DNA of 63,884 nt, counting the filler, from Octopus bimaculoides (taxonomy: Eukaryota), in NCBI RefSeq assembly GCF_001194135.2. It is 6 parts of 5 records of this genome, joined end to end, with 100 filler letters (N's around TTAATTAATTAA, not from the genome) between each part and the next. Parts side by side here need not be neighbours in the genome. Positions count along the whole stretch, not along the records: positions 1 to 29,196 come from NC_068988.1; 5 more parts are not named here. The stretch is one strand, 5' to 3'. Shown one piece after another: positions 1 through 13,689 of the stretch. The position numbers and the translations under genes are program-made. Positions within the stretch are counted from its first letter, which is position 1. Each line of letters begins with the position of its first letter. Below the pieces are notes generated by a model. It ran no database searches. It was not told where the DNA came from and saw nothing but the letters and a program-made list of their open reading frames with translations.

Positions 1-148
1 GCACAAAGAGACACGCATACATACAGACTAATATATATATATATTAAAGCCACTAACGGTTACGCCAGTTTCTTTACTTTTCATTTGTTTAAAAAGTTTG
101 ATTTTTACTAGTATTAAATAATGAAGTTACAGAACTTCCAGTCTCATT

Positions 149-190
<42 letters not shown>

Positions 191-3139
191 AAATATGAAG
201 CATTCAGTTTTCATGGAATTATACTTTTGTGTCCTAATTCGGTGAATTAGGATATGAAAACCTCCAAATCTACATTTGACTAATATATTTCTGTACATTT
301 TACTGGTTAAATGATAAATAGTGCAGCAACAAAATGCAAGCAAAATGCGTTCATGTTGTTGCCGTTTAACTCAAGATCAGTTCTAATTATGCAGATTCAT
401 GCTTGAAAGAATTCAAGACACGAAAACTGCTGTCTTTTTCAGGCATTGTATATCCCGGAATACATTATCCAATGCATCCTTATATTATTAAGACAGTAGA
501 GTGTGATCTAAGAGAAATTTGGTCGCTTTTTACACAAGATTGCTTGACGAAGAAGTTTTATGATGATGTGAAATACTAGAAACATTTATAAACGTCCACG
601 AATAACGTAGACGTTTTTTTTTTCAATACATTTACAGAATTATAACAAATAACTAGAACAAAATCCAATCGTCATTGATAAGATAGCCACAATTAACAAG
701 GAAACATGTGAGTATGAGTGGTCATATTTTTCTGCTTGTATAACGATTACAAACAAATTGGTTGCCAATGACTTACCATCAGCAGAAAGAGATAAATACA
801 ATGTACGTCGGCGTTTCATTTCATCTGAAAAAGAAAAATGCGTTTAGTTTATACATAATTTATTAAAGAGATTAAGTTAAATTCTTGGAACTTATATAAT
901 AAAGTGAATCTAATTTAGGTTGAAAGCATAACTACATCTCCACTAGACTGGATAAAATTATGAATAGTACTGCAGAACGTACTTGAGTTTGTGCCTAGAT
1001 GCATCCTTACATTTATATATGTAACCGTCAGATATTATCATTGGCAGTTTGGAAGGGAGAGGTGAGCGAATCCTGATGATCTGTTCAATAATTTCACAGG
1101 TCAGTTTGAAGCTATTCTAGAAGTGGTCGTGGGTTTAATTTTATAGTGAGTTTGAATACATAGAAGCACAATTCCCTAATTCATCACTTTACGCATTCAC
1201 TGAGATTGTTTATGCAATAGTTTTAGATAACCTAACTTTTGTGCGAGTTTCAAATCTTTGCTTACATTCAGCCATGGCTTCAAGGAAAAAGATGTTTGCA
1301 TTGATTTTAAGTTACTACCAATTTATATAGATCTGTTAAAACCGCTCAGACTATGTCGTTTCTATAAGAACTCATATTAAATGTATGGTATTATTTTTCA
1401 AATCTTACCAAATGTAGGAAGAGTAGTATGGTTAAATGATGATGAAATATTCATCATGAAATGAAATGCAATGTTATCCATAACTATTTTACACAGTTCT
1501 AGAATGAATGATACAGGCAACAGAATGGTAATAATCTAGTAAATATGAGTTTTGCATTCTTGAAAATGTGTAAATGGGGTAAAAACATGGTCAAGATGGG
1601 AGTTATTTGTAGAGAGTTATTATTCTCTAAGAATAACGTTTGGGTAATTTGATAAGGTGAGAGGCATTGGCAGGTCTGTTGAGAGGAGAAAATGATGATG
1701 TATCGAGTGGGTTTATGCAACAATGGTATACAATCAACAAATGAAAACGTCGAGAGAGTTTTTCTTTTGAAGATACAGTATATAGCTCAATGAAAGAAGT
1801 CGATGTTTTCGTATACTATCCAGAGTATATGAGTTTGGTGTGTGCAGATAGTGCTTATCTTTGCATAGGCTTAGAACTCTTCAGAGCCGAAGTATGTTCT
1901 CAATTCTAAATCAAAACCGAGCATTTGTCATTCACTCTTATTTGTTTGTTGTTCATCTTTGATCAATCAGCCTCACGACCAGAGAATTTTAATCATAAAC
2001 ATTCTGTTAGTGTATCGAGTATTACATTATCTAATGTACCCTTCCTCTTTTACGAAGTAGAGGTATGACTTGATAATTTAGGGCTGCTATTTTTAGCTAG
2101 GGAGAAAACCAAGTAGCGCGTCACTCGCTTGTTTGTGCTTCGAAAGTATTATTGGTTGTATTGAGTACTGTCATAGAGTAAGTAGAGGTCTACTTTGCAG
2201 GTTTGTTTATCTGAGATGCTTTATCTTGAGTGGTAGTATCAATTTCATGTAACTGAGTAGTTAAGTTCTTAGAACGTTTCGTAATCTGTTTCAGGAGGAT
2301 GTCCAGGCATACAAATAGCTATAAAATTAAACAAACTTAAGTTTATTTAGTATTTACAAACTATTTTAAATTTTAAGTTGGAAAAGGTTATATTTGAATT
2401 TTTGAGGAAGTATCTTCTCGTAAATTTAATTGAGAAACTGTTCAAAAAAATATTAATCTTACCTTTAAATAAACTCGGTACTAATTTGTAAACGAGGTTC
2501 TGTAATGTGTTGTCAGGTCTAAAAAGAAAAGAATCAATGGTTATCTTTCAGCAAAAATATTTTTAATACATGTAACAATATTTTTCAATACACAACTTGA
2601 TCTCTTTCATAGATGTGAATTCTAAAATTCATATGTACGAACAATGAGAGGTTTTGATGTTGATATATGTTTAAGTCTATTAGTAATAGAGGAAATAGTT
2701 TTCCAACTAAAATAAGATGTCAGGTTTAATTTTTCGTGAATGGTCTTTATTTCTATCTCTCACTCATGTTATTCTTATATCAAATAATGCAAAAGCAAGG
2801 CTCACTTTTCTATTTATTTATCGAAATACCACCGTAAATAGTAGAGATACCAACATAACCAGCATTCCATTGTCAACGACTGATAAGTTTAATAAATAAC
2901 CGCGTACAGCCAATGAATGTTTTATAATGTTGTTGACAAAATCAGAACTTTAGTCATTGAGTTATTGACCTCGACTATACTTCTATTTTGTCACATGGAA
3001 TTTGTGCAGATTGCTATGGATTTCTATCAACACCATATTTTGTTAACACGATGTAAAACAGACATTAGCTTAAAAAACAAACTTAAAGTGACTGCTGCAA
3101 ATTTTTAAAAATAACTATTGTCATAAAGATATTTACAAA

Positions 3140-4050
3140 CTAAATAAAAACTGGAGGAATTTAAATTCTATCATAAGTTAAATTATGTTTGAGAGAAAAG
3201 CAAGATTCAGAATTCGAGACCTTTAGAAGCATCTTGTTTATTAATGTGTGTATGTCTGTTAGTACCCACGTATTTATGTTAGTCAGAAGAATGAGACAGG
3301 GTCCATCACCTCTGAAGACTTTCCCAGATAGTGAGATTGATGCAGCTGATGGCCAATCGGAACAGCTGATGATCAATACCTGTAGGAAAGCCAGAGGCGG
3401 AAAAGGAATTGGAGATTCGGCTTGCAACAATGTGAATTGCCTTAATGGCATCAAGAACCACTGGTATCTTGAAATCTGAGTCTTGCTTGGATTACTACCC
3501 ACAAAAGTTAAGCAAAAGGTCATAATGTGTCATGATAACCAGCAATAGAGAGATTGTCACAAAAGTAACGTTAAGTAAAGAGAAATTGAACGAAAAAGTG
3601 TATGTCGAAACAAGGCTGAGGTTCAGCATATAAGAATTGGTTGAAATGATAGTTATCAGAGAATCAGAATGCATTGCAGCATTCATTCCGAGATCTACGC
3701 CCTGGGATCAAATTCTACTGAAACCAACTTTACCTTTCAACCTTTCGGGATTCAATGCTCAATCAACCGCTAATCAGAGGATTGATGGAATTGTTAGAAC
3801 TCTGGACGAGACGTTTTCCCTTCTTTGCTTCCTAAGTGCAGATTATTCCTAGGTATTTAAATCCCACCAATGGCCATGCTATTGCTTCTCATGCAGAGAA
3901 AAGGCATCAAGGTGGACTATGGCGTATTCGGTTACAAGCGTGTCTCTAGAATCGGACATCCATATTGAGATCATGAAACTTCACACTGTTGTGAATTCTG
4001 TCTAAAGTTTCAGTATGTTACTTTGGAAGAGGCTACATAACTGTTTTTTT
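3140..4050 (-). mobile_element. Heavily degraded LINE-like RT remnant
   Basis: Minus-strand translation near 3862-3847 gives FKYLGI, a typical non-LTR RT motif, among many stops. Boundaries are approximate. Confidence 0.3.
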
Positions 4051-4275
4051 TTTAGCTTCATATTATACAACAGCTTTAGCTGAAAGCGTAATGGCTAAAA
4101 CTCTAAAATAGCCCAGTCATATGCACACTATAACTCTGCACACATATTTACTATTACAGAAATTTTACGAAAGACGCCTTTCTCTTTTGGCAGTTCCAGA
4201 CTAATCACGTGCTAATAAGAGAAATTTTCTAATTGAAAATTTATTTTCATAGCCTCTAATTGATAATCATTCTAG

Positions 4276-4421
4276 GTGACACATATTTGGCGACATTGCT
4301 AGAAAAACAGTGTAAACCTGCTCCACCATTACCGGGTAGTCATGGATTGGCTGTGTTTTCTAATTATACGAACTATGCAATGTACACAAAAGCCTTGAAG
4401 CATCAGAAAGAATGTGTATGA
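4276..4421 (+). CDS. Putative terminal coding exon of an unidentified gene
   Basis: CTAAT branch-like motif, then tcattctAG acceptor (4274-4275), then an open frame (G)DTYLATLLEKQCKPAPPLPGSHGLAVFSNYTNYAMYTKALKHQKECV ending at TGA 4419-4421. No homologue recognised. Confidence 0.33.
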
Positions 4422-5999
4422 GCTTGTCGAATAAGTAGTATAGACGTGACTCTGCATTAGAAAAGTATTTGCTTTTTCACTAAAAATGAGATAATAATAT
4501 GATTTGGATGACATTCTGAACGATAGAGTAGCTCTCATTAGTAGAGTACTTGTCACCAAATAATTGACGTGGGACTTGGTAGCTGCTCTAAGATTTGCTA
4601 GCTTAATCAACTATTCGTACTTAGTCTAGCCAGATTTAATAAAATATATACACCCACACATATGTACATATACATATGTAAACACACGCGCGCGCAGACA
4701 CACACAGACACACATAATTGCTTTTAACATAATCTGTAGCATTATATAAATTCAGTGCAGCTAATATATGGAAACACAGCTATATATATCTTCAAATACA
4801 AAAGTGCACCCAAAGAAAACCAAAAGTGGAACAAAAATAGCATCAGAACTCTACATAATCAAAAACCATTTCTTCAAAAGCCATTTCTGTTGTTCAATAC
4901 TGAGAAAAAAACAGAGCTTCAGTCACATGACGAATCAACCCAGCATAATGCACAGATATAGATTCTAAGGATACTGTATGCTTGTAATATAGATCTGTAT
5001 TTCCTGTAGGAAAGAGTCCCTAAAATGTATGGTTTATTGTGCTGACATAAAAATGCCAAAGCTTCTGCCAGTCTGATAGACCTTTCTGAGATATGTATCA
5101 TCTAAATAAGCCTTTTCGGATCAAACAGCAACTATGTAAACCTTTAGAGAGCATACACCAATTAAACAAGCCATTATAGATTATTTGTTTGAAATATGCT
5201 TCAAGAGTACAAAAACTCATTTTGGCATGACTTCATACAACTTTGCACTGGTCCATACAAGTGTATTATGATTACGTGGTATCCTCATAATACTCTTTCC
5301 AATCTAAGAATAAGTTTTTTTTGCGAAAATGTGGCCACTGTGGCACAGAAAAGTTTCATATAAAATACCATACCACCAGATTTAAAAATTAGAGTCTTAA
5401 CATATCTCTTACCCGAGGACATGCAATAAAACTTCTATTAAAGATCGAACAGCTCCCGAACATGCAATAATTACATGATCAGCTTAATATTTCCTATGCC
5501 AAGCATTATTTATCTCGTTATTATGCGAAATGTAAATACTGATTACAAATTTAAACGAATGCAAACATGTGCACGCATATTATATTGGTATCTCTGTATA
5601 TATATATGCATGTATACATATGTATCCTATGGAATTTTTCTTCTCTTAGTGAGCGATATAAAAAATAGCGATGCTATTGAGTACATCAACCAAATCCACT
5701 CTGATACATGCCAAATGTAAACATTTTTTAAAATTAAAGTGAAGTTATTGACTGTCACAATTGATAAAACAAATTTTAAACTCACCGTATATTCTGTAAC
5801 GGTTTGGTTTTGTGCACCATTACATCACATATGGGGCAGAATTTACTACTTTCCAGATATCTGACAATACATGTTCGGCAAACTAGGTTGGAGAGAGAAA
5901 AGAAATACAAATATATTTGTGCCTGCTCTTTATATACGAAATGCTGTATAGCATAAACAAAGTAATGATTACAATAACTAGATTTGATATTATTAGAAC

Positions 6000-6031
<32 letters not shown>

Positions 6032-7808
6032 GCGCGTCTCTCTGCCTACACATCGAGGATATTCCGGAGATGACAGTCTGAATCATTTTTCAAAAAGTAT
6101 TATACTTCACTTTGATAAATTTTCGGTTTTTGTACATGCAGAAAGAATACTTGCAAATGCTTTGTTACTTTATTTACTTTCAGATTTCACCGATACAAAT
6201 GAAATTCAGTACAAATTATGATATTTCAATTCAGAATATTTAAGAAATACCATCAATATTTCTCTAGATACCATTCATAAAAACGTGAGAACGTTTATAA
6301 AATGCATGTTATATTATGCAAATAACATTCAAATTTCGGCACTACTGTGCAATGCAGTTCCGATTGATTAGTTTCAGAATCGAATGTTTTAGTTTCGTAA
6401 ATATTATAGTATCAAGACACTTACTTGATTGTACACATTTTAAAAGAAGACACCACGCAAAAGTCATCGAATTAAAAATAAAATACAACCAAGAAGCGAA
6501 CTTCTATATGGTCACTTTATTAATAGTAGTTGGTAGAATGATAGTCGCCCATTTACCCTTATCTATGTTTTCTCAAGAAAGTGTTTTGTAGTACAGGATT
6601 TTATATGATCTAAAACACAAAACTGTGTTGGAATTTGTTGTTTTAGCTTCAGGATAGCTCTAATCATGCATATTTGGGATCAAAGTCTTTTCCTCAGATA
6701 ATATGTTTCTAATGTTGATATTAAACAACACTTCCTTTTTGAACTATGGTACTTGAGTTGAGGAAGATTTGATTGCTAACAGATCTAACAACTCGTAGAG
6801 TTTCCCTCAGTGGCTTATGTTGGATTTTGTTTTAGTCAAGAATGCATTTGTTAAGGCAAGTGTCTTTATATCACATCATTTAAGAAACAAAACAAATTAG
6901 ATAAAACTAAATCGATAGATTCCGTGTCGAACAAGAGCGCCTAAGTTTCAACAGTAAGAATTAAAATTAATACAATTTATAACAACAATGCAAGAATTAT
7001 TGTATGCAAGAATTTTAATACGCTGAGAGTTTAGAGTATTAGGGACCCCAGAACATTGCTTTGAAGAGATCCTGAAATATACTTTAGACATTCAGTGCAC
7101 GGATATACGTTATAAACAACCACACACTGATGTGTTTCACTAATGATGATTAGCCAAATGGCAAGTTAAGGTGAAAATGGAATGTAAATAAAATGGAAGT
7201 TTCCTTATTGATATTTGTAATTATAACAAAAATTTTATATGAATTCAATATGCGAATTCGTAGTCAAGTATTACATCTAGTTCCCTCTTTGCTAGACCAA
7301 TGTCTTGTAATATACATTACTTTTTTTCGATAAGTTGTATGAGAACCTTCTAAATAGATTAAAGTGAAAAGCTGAAATGTATAATCATTGTTTCCCAGTA
7401 TTATTGCTTAAATGAGTTCTTAGTTACTTACAAGAATGCAAACACTCTATGATTGTCGTAGCATCGATGTAATAACCCCCACAGAGGATACAATTGAGAT
7501 AAGGATTTACATCTGCTATGCCGATACGAGTATTTCTGTGCAGCCTGAAATTAAAAGAAAAAAAGAAATATATTTCAAATAAAATCATACCGAAACTTTA
7601 TAAAGAATATTTGTACATTTCATCTAAACAATTATACATTTCAACAACGCTTTAAGTATCGATAACACCTGAAAAGCCGGAAAGCAGTACAATAAGCAAC
7701 TTCACTTAATTTACAAATTTCTCTGTCAATAATAATGTATTTGAAAAGAGAAAGGTTTTGGGTTACAATCTCCATAATTGCTTTAGAAACTAAATATTAT
7801 CATTCCCA

Positions 7809-7978
7809 GGAGTGGCTGGTGTGGTAAGAATCTTGCTTCTCAAATGCATGGTTCCGGGTTCAGTCCCACTGCGTGGCACTTTGGGCAAGTGTCTTCTACT
7901 CTAGCCTCGAGCCGACCAAAGCCTTGTGAGTGGATTTGGTAGACGGAAATTGAAAGAAGCCCGTCGTATATATATATA

Positions 7979-8056
<78 letters not shown>

Positions 8057-8262
8057 CGTGTGTGTGTGTGTGTGTCTGTGTGTGTCTGTGTGTGTCTGTG
8101 TCTGTGTTTGTCCCCCCATCACCACTTGACAACCAGTGTTGGTGTTTACGGCCCCGTGACTTAGCGGTTCGGCGTAAGAGGTCGACAGAATAAGTACTGG
8201 AGTCGATTTATTCGATTATAAAATTCAAAGTTGACTGAAGCAAGTAAAAGATAAAAGATAAA
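7809..8262 (+). mobile_element. tRNA-derived SINE with internal (TA)n/(TG)n tract
   Basis: Head ggagtggctggtgtggtaag...ggttcagtccc, body gggcaagtgtcttctact...gaccaaagccttgtgagtggatttggtagacggaa, internal microsatellite, 3' part cttagcggttcggc...agaataagtact and (AAAAGAT)n tail. The same body recurs at about 37830, 40123 and 54585. Confidence 0.85.
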
Positions 8263-8699
8263 AGATTCAAAATCTATATACAACATTTTTGTACAATTGA
8301 TACCAGCTGAAAACTTTAGGTATATAACAAACATCAAAATACTATGAATAATCATTAGTCATAACTAATCATCAACAGATTATCGATTCATTTGAGCATA
8401 AACTATATTTTACAACCATAAGTTTTCATTTCAGTATTTTACATAATTCAATTTTAAATCAAAGTTTCAAAAGGTAAACTAAGGATTTATTCAAATTCCC
8501 CTAGACTACTTTACTTTTAGGTGTAAGCAACATAATGTGAGATGAATCATAGACACACTTTGTATATTACTGTCACTTTATCAAACCAGAAAGGCTGAAA
8601 AAGTACATGTGATGAAATTTGAAATCGGAACACCAATTAGATACTATAAAATATCTATCGAAGACATCTATAGTAGATGTGGTAGGCGTAATTTTCAGT

Positions 8700-10150
8700 C
8701 TAGAAAGAGAGATTGATACTGTTGATATTCAATCGCAGCTTCTAGACGTCAATAGTTGAGCGGAAAATGTGAATAGATTGATAGTTCTGAAGGGTAACTT
8801 TTGTAACTTGAAGCAATTCGCATAAAGTAATAGTGTATGGTGATGTAGACGTCAGACAGAGCAGGAACAAAATGAATGGGTTTGATTGAAATTGTACACA
8901 TTTGAAGATCTGAAAAGTTCTCTTCACATTTTGTACACATTTGATCAAGAGAATTGATGAGTGGGCTGAACACGTTTGAACATTGAATACTGTTTTAACG
9001 TCAAGAAGAGACAAGCAATAGCGAACACCTTGCCAAGGAATTGCTTTTCGTACATGTAGTGTTATAGATATTTGATCAGAACAAAAGAACAGCGGGAATT
9101 GTAAACTTAGCATTTGCAGAAAGAAGATTTTTGCTATTTATTGATAAGTAGACAATAAATAATGCGCTAGTAAATTTTGGAGTGTGCATGACTTAGTACT
9201 AATACGGCAGGATCTCAAATATATACTAAATTGGAAAACTTCGATCAAAAGATTATCTAAGTAATTGGTATATAATAACCCCTCTACAAATGTTTAAGAT
9301 CTAAAATCAGAAGGAAAATGGTATTTCCAATAAGAAAAGGTTGAACTTTTTGACATGAATAGTTTGGTGTGGTTATATATAGCTCCGCTGGTATTTATAC
9401 TTACCCTGAGAATTATTTTTTCAACTACATTGATATTTTAGCACTATTGAGAGATTCAAGGTAGTCGTATTCTCAATATTTATTAGTTTTACATACCTGT
9501 TAGATGCCTAATATGCGTGTGGGTGACAAATGTATATAGAAAATTAAAGAGAATGATGGGCAGTATAATTTGTATATGAGAATGTAGGTTAACGACAACA
9601 GAGCAAATCATTAAAAATTATTTGAGTCAAAAGATTTCTTGATGTTACACAACAGATGATTGATTGAACTCAGAGAGAGACCTATCGATGCAGGCTGTTA
9701 TATTAAGATTAGAATGATAAGGCAAATAATGCTTAATAAATAGGGAATATTTTTGCTAAAAGATGTTAATATTACTCATTTTCCAAGTTATTGAGTGCTC
9801 CTGCAGCGCAGTTGAAAAAAATTGTTTGGTGTCTAAGAGTTCATCTGTAAAACATTGCTGAACGCAATTTATTTTGTATGTCTTAGCGTCACATTTTGAT
9901 CGTCCAAATACCTATGAGTTAACCACAAGCCAGACTGGCTTTAGTTATTCTCACCAATAGTTTGATGTTTTTATGGGGCGGCCTGGTCATGTCTACTCAG
10001 GTATACCTATAATTGGTTGGTAGTTGGCCGAACATCTGAGTGCAACACACTAATTAAGCATTCCCATATTCAAAAGCAACACTCATTGTTGATTAAAGCA
10101 GATTCAATGTAGGTGAAATAATACAATCTTGATAGCCTGGCCATTGATGT
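8700..10150 (+). mobile_element. Degraded RTE/L2-type LINE ORF2 remnant
   Basis: Broken frames give KRIDEWAEHV (cf. RWxEHF) and later a W-x-GHV-like segment near 9975; many stops and frameshifts. Confidence 0.35.
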
Positions 10151-11699
10151 ACACTGATAGCAGATTGTATCAGCGTCTATATTTTAAACGTTGGCCGCTC
10201 TCAGATACGAAGTAATCAACAATGTACTAAATCGCTATCATTATATTTTTCATTTTTTTCTAAGACAGAGGTGGAAGAGTAGTGTCAATAGCCATAACCT
10301 CTAAGACTGAGTGAGGAGAGGTTATATTTTGATTAGCGATCTGGCCCTGATATTTCCAGTAAAGAGAACTCCATTATGCGTATTACGGGTCAGGTTGCAA
10401 ACCAAATGTTCTGCATGTTAAAATGTATATCGCTATTCATAATATCGTTTCCAGGTACTCTTTGAATTTAAAATGCTATAAACTAACAAAATACAGGACG
10501 TCTAACCTATGATAAATGTTGAATGATATATTTTCAGGAACCTACTTTCGATTAGAGGCATGGTTTAGAGACATGAAGCCGTTAGATTTCTTCAGAGGGA
10601 ATAATGATCACCATGTTTCCTTGAAATGATCAAATAATTTCTGATAACCTATTCTACATGACAATCATGGAGATCGCTATTCGAAGGAAATCGCTGAAGA
10701 CATGATTAAACTATTTCATTTTCTCAACACTTTGCATTACAAGCTTTTTATGTCTTTTAAGCTTTAACTGGCAATCATATCAACTGCACTACATCTTGAC
10801 TAGACCATGCATTAACATTGGGAAGAGGCATGATGTAAGCGAAGTTGATAAATCCTGCCTTTATTTATGTAGTAGTTCATTAAGATGTTATTCTTAAACC
10901 ACTGGTGGCAGATTTATTTGACCATATCTGGTTAATTATATTTTGAAAAGTTTGGACAGCTGGATTGTTCTGTATGTGTAGTACACAGTCACTGAATAGT
11001 CGTCCTGATCATATGCCCTAACATTCTATAACCGTCAGTTATTCTCGCACTGGCTTTTGTAGTTGGCTCATGACTAGGATGACGAAAAAAATTTTATTCT
11101 AACGATGCTGGCCAATAGCTCAGAGTGGCCGTGACACAACATATGCCATTTTGTGTATTTGAATATATGCCTTCTCGAATGTGAAATTAGAAAGATTCTA
11201 TTCAATTAAAGAGAGACAATTCCTAAGCATAACTCACAACCATGAAATCTAGCCCGAAAACACAACCCTATTCATAATCAAGATCTGATAACAATAAGCG
11301 CTAAAACCACTCTATGGGGAAGTGTATGGAATCCTACACAGTACTGAACAAATGACTGCATAATTGTGGGTGAAAATCGCTAGGCCTGACGTTTTATATT
11401 ACACCAACAGCAATACGAAGACAATGTGGGGTTATAGATTGGTTGCGATGTTGTTTCTCATAGCAGGAGAACATCAGTGCGACGCTTGTTGTCCACCTAC
11501 TACTATGCCTTTCTAGAATGAGTTGTAACTCTTGTTTAAGCTAAGTAGTAGTGGGAAAATGAGATATAACCTTTTTTCACTTCTTTAGTGTTGTATGTAT
11601 TGATAAATATCGTTTGAGTGTAAACAACAAATCAAAAATTGATGAAACAACTATAACAGTTTATATTTAGATTTGCTTGCTTTCTAGTAAGTTAAGTAC

Positions 11700-12300
11700 T
11701 CGTGTGCTGCTTTGTTTATATTTGCTGACCTTGTTTAGCTGTGAATACATATCTAAAACTAATTTAAATATTATTTATGAAAAATTCTTTCAGGTAACTT
11801 TGATAGTCTCATCGTTAGCTGAACAAGAAAACCATTGCACACTCTAGAAGACTTTTCCTTGTTTTCATGAAGATATGAAGCACTCAAGAGACCACAAATA
11901 TAGCCTGGAGCAGCCATCACACTACAACCATACACAACCAAACACAACCACATACGTAGAACTTTTAAACAACAGTCTGCCTACAGCAATTTTAGCATCA
12001 AATGTAGAAATCCAATCTGCGCCTTAAGATATAATATATTTTCTTGTACTTATGCTTCAGTGTGAATGCATTTTACTCTTGCCAGCAAATGTACTACGCA
12101 TTAACAGTGAATTTTAATGTTGATTCACATGCTCTATGGCGTGTAAAGTAATTTCTTTCAGCGCACAATAATTGATAAATCTTCACCACCAGATAGTTTA
12201 TGCTAGCTATTGACACATATCAAATGATATGTAAATAGTGCAACTGGAAATAGATGCACGCTTGATGTTAATGATGAATAATTTATAGATATGTTTTTAT
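11700..12300 (-). mobile_element. Degraded RTE-like LINE 3' remnant
   Basis: Minus-strand pieces such as MRLSKLPERIFHK resemble the RTE post-RT region; weak. Confidence 0.28.
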
Positions 12301-13388
12301 AATGCAGTGTCAATTACTTTTGCAGACCTCATTCTAAGACTGATGAGAATGAACGAGAGGAGACTTAAAGGTACTTTTTGAACATTTGTAAACTGACATT
12401 TGCTGGAAAAACATGAACGAGGAGAGATTCTGTCCTGTGGATAGCAGATACAGGGAGGAAAGATATGGCACAGTGTTTAGTGATAAGATTAGGAAAGTGT
12501 TTTGGATAAAGCTGTAACAGAGGGGGCATGACTTCTCCTTTCTCTCTCAGTACTTCATAGGTTCATTTATAGATCTAAAAGCTTCACAACGATTACAGAG
12601 AATATTCATGTCACCGATATTGTAACTTTCAACAATATGTTTACTGTTTTCTTGACGTTTTCTCTCATTTTCATTTTATATTCTATCTTGAACACGTTTT
12701 TTTATCTGTTATAAATACTTCCAATATACTTTTTGATTCATATTTTCCCTTTTACTCGTTGATGCTTCCGTGCTTGTTCTACTTATTCGACCCTCTGCTT
12801 CTCAATTACATCATTGCTACCTCATTCTTTCGTTAGCTTACATTGTCTGTTATCCATATTTTATAAACAAATGTCAATTTTCAAGTGAGCAGATGACAAA
12901 TAATTGCACTTATGCGCATGCGTTAAGTGATAGGCGATATAAAAAATTTAGTTCAATAAAAAACAAAAACTACACTTTTCACTATCCATTCACCACCATC
13001 ATCACCTCTACCACCGTCATCATCACCCCCTTCACTACTGTCACCACCGCCACCACCACCATCATAATAGTTTTCGGAAACAAAGCTCAGTTTGTTCATG
13101 TCTACTTTTCTTCTCAATACGAAGTTCGAATAAGAAATTTTTTTAAAAATAATAATATTCACGGCTATTTTGCTAAGTTTCATTGAAAAATCTATCTTTC
13201 TATCTATAAGTTTATAATTATTATTCCTTCTTCTGCCTACCAATCGTTGTATTTGTCAAAGTGGATAAGTAGATAATAGGTCGACAGATGGAAGAAATAA
13301 AAAACTTGAATATTAAAATGCTATTTCTTCTTAGTTACAATAATATATGTTTAAAATTTACCTCTGCCAAATATAAATTTACCTCTTT

Positions 13389-13393
<5 letters not shown>

Positions 13394-13456
<63 letters not shown>

Positions 13457-13470
13457 CTCGCTCTCGCTCT
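13394..13470. repeat. (CT)n / (CTCG)n microsatellite
   Basis: Direct reading of the sequence. Confidence 0.97.
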
Positions 13471-13689
13471 AACCTCATCACCCCTCTGTTATACATTGTA
13501 TTTTTAACTCTTTCTCTATATCACACCTTTCAATTAACTTTTTAACCACGCAATAAATATTTCGTTCCCCCTGCTTCACGTCATTGAGACTTCTTTCTCT
13601 CTCGTTCTTCGCCTTTCCCTTCAACTAATCACGAGACATTGTAAAGCATTTCGGCTTTAGCGTATTAATATAGAAAAATTAATATGGAA

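Noticed and set aside
330-1500. Broken reading frames suggestive of an old DNA transposase
   Set aside because: No diagnostic motif or terminal repeat could be identified.
4940-5400. Possible RTE remnant on the minus strand; similar faint traces at 34800-36200 and 61800-62600
   Set aside because: Similarity is too weak to assign without a profile search.
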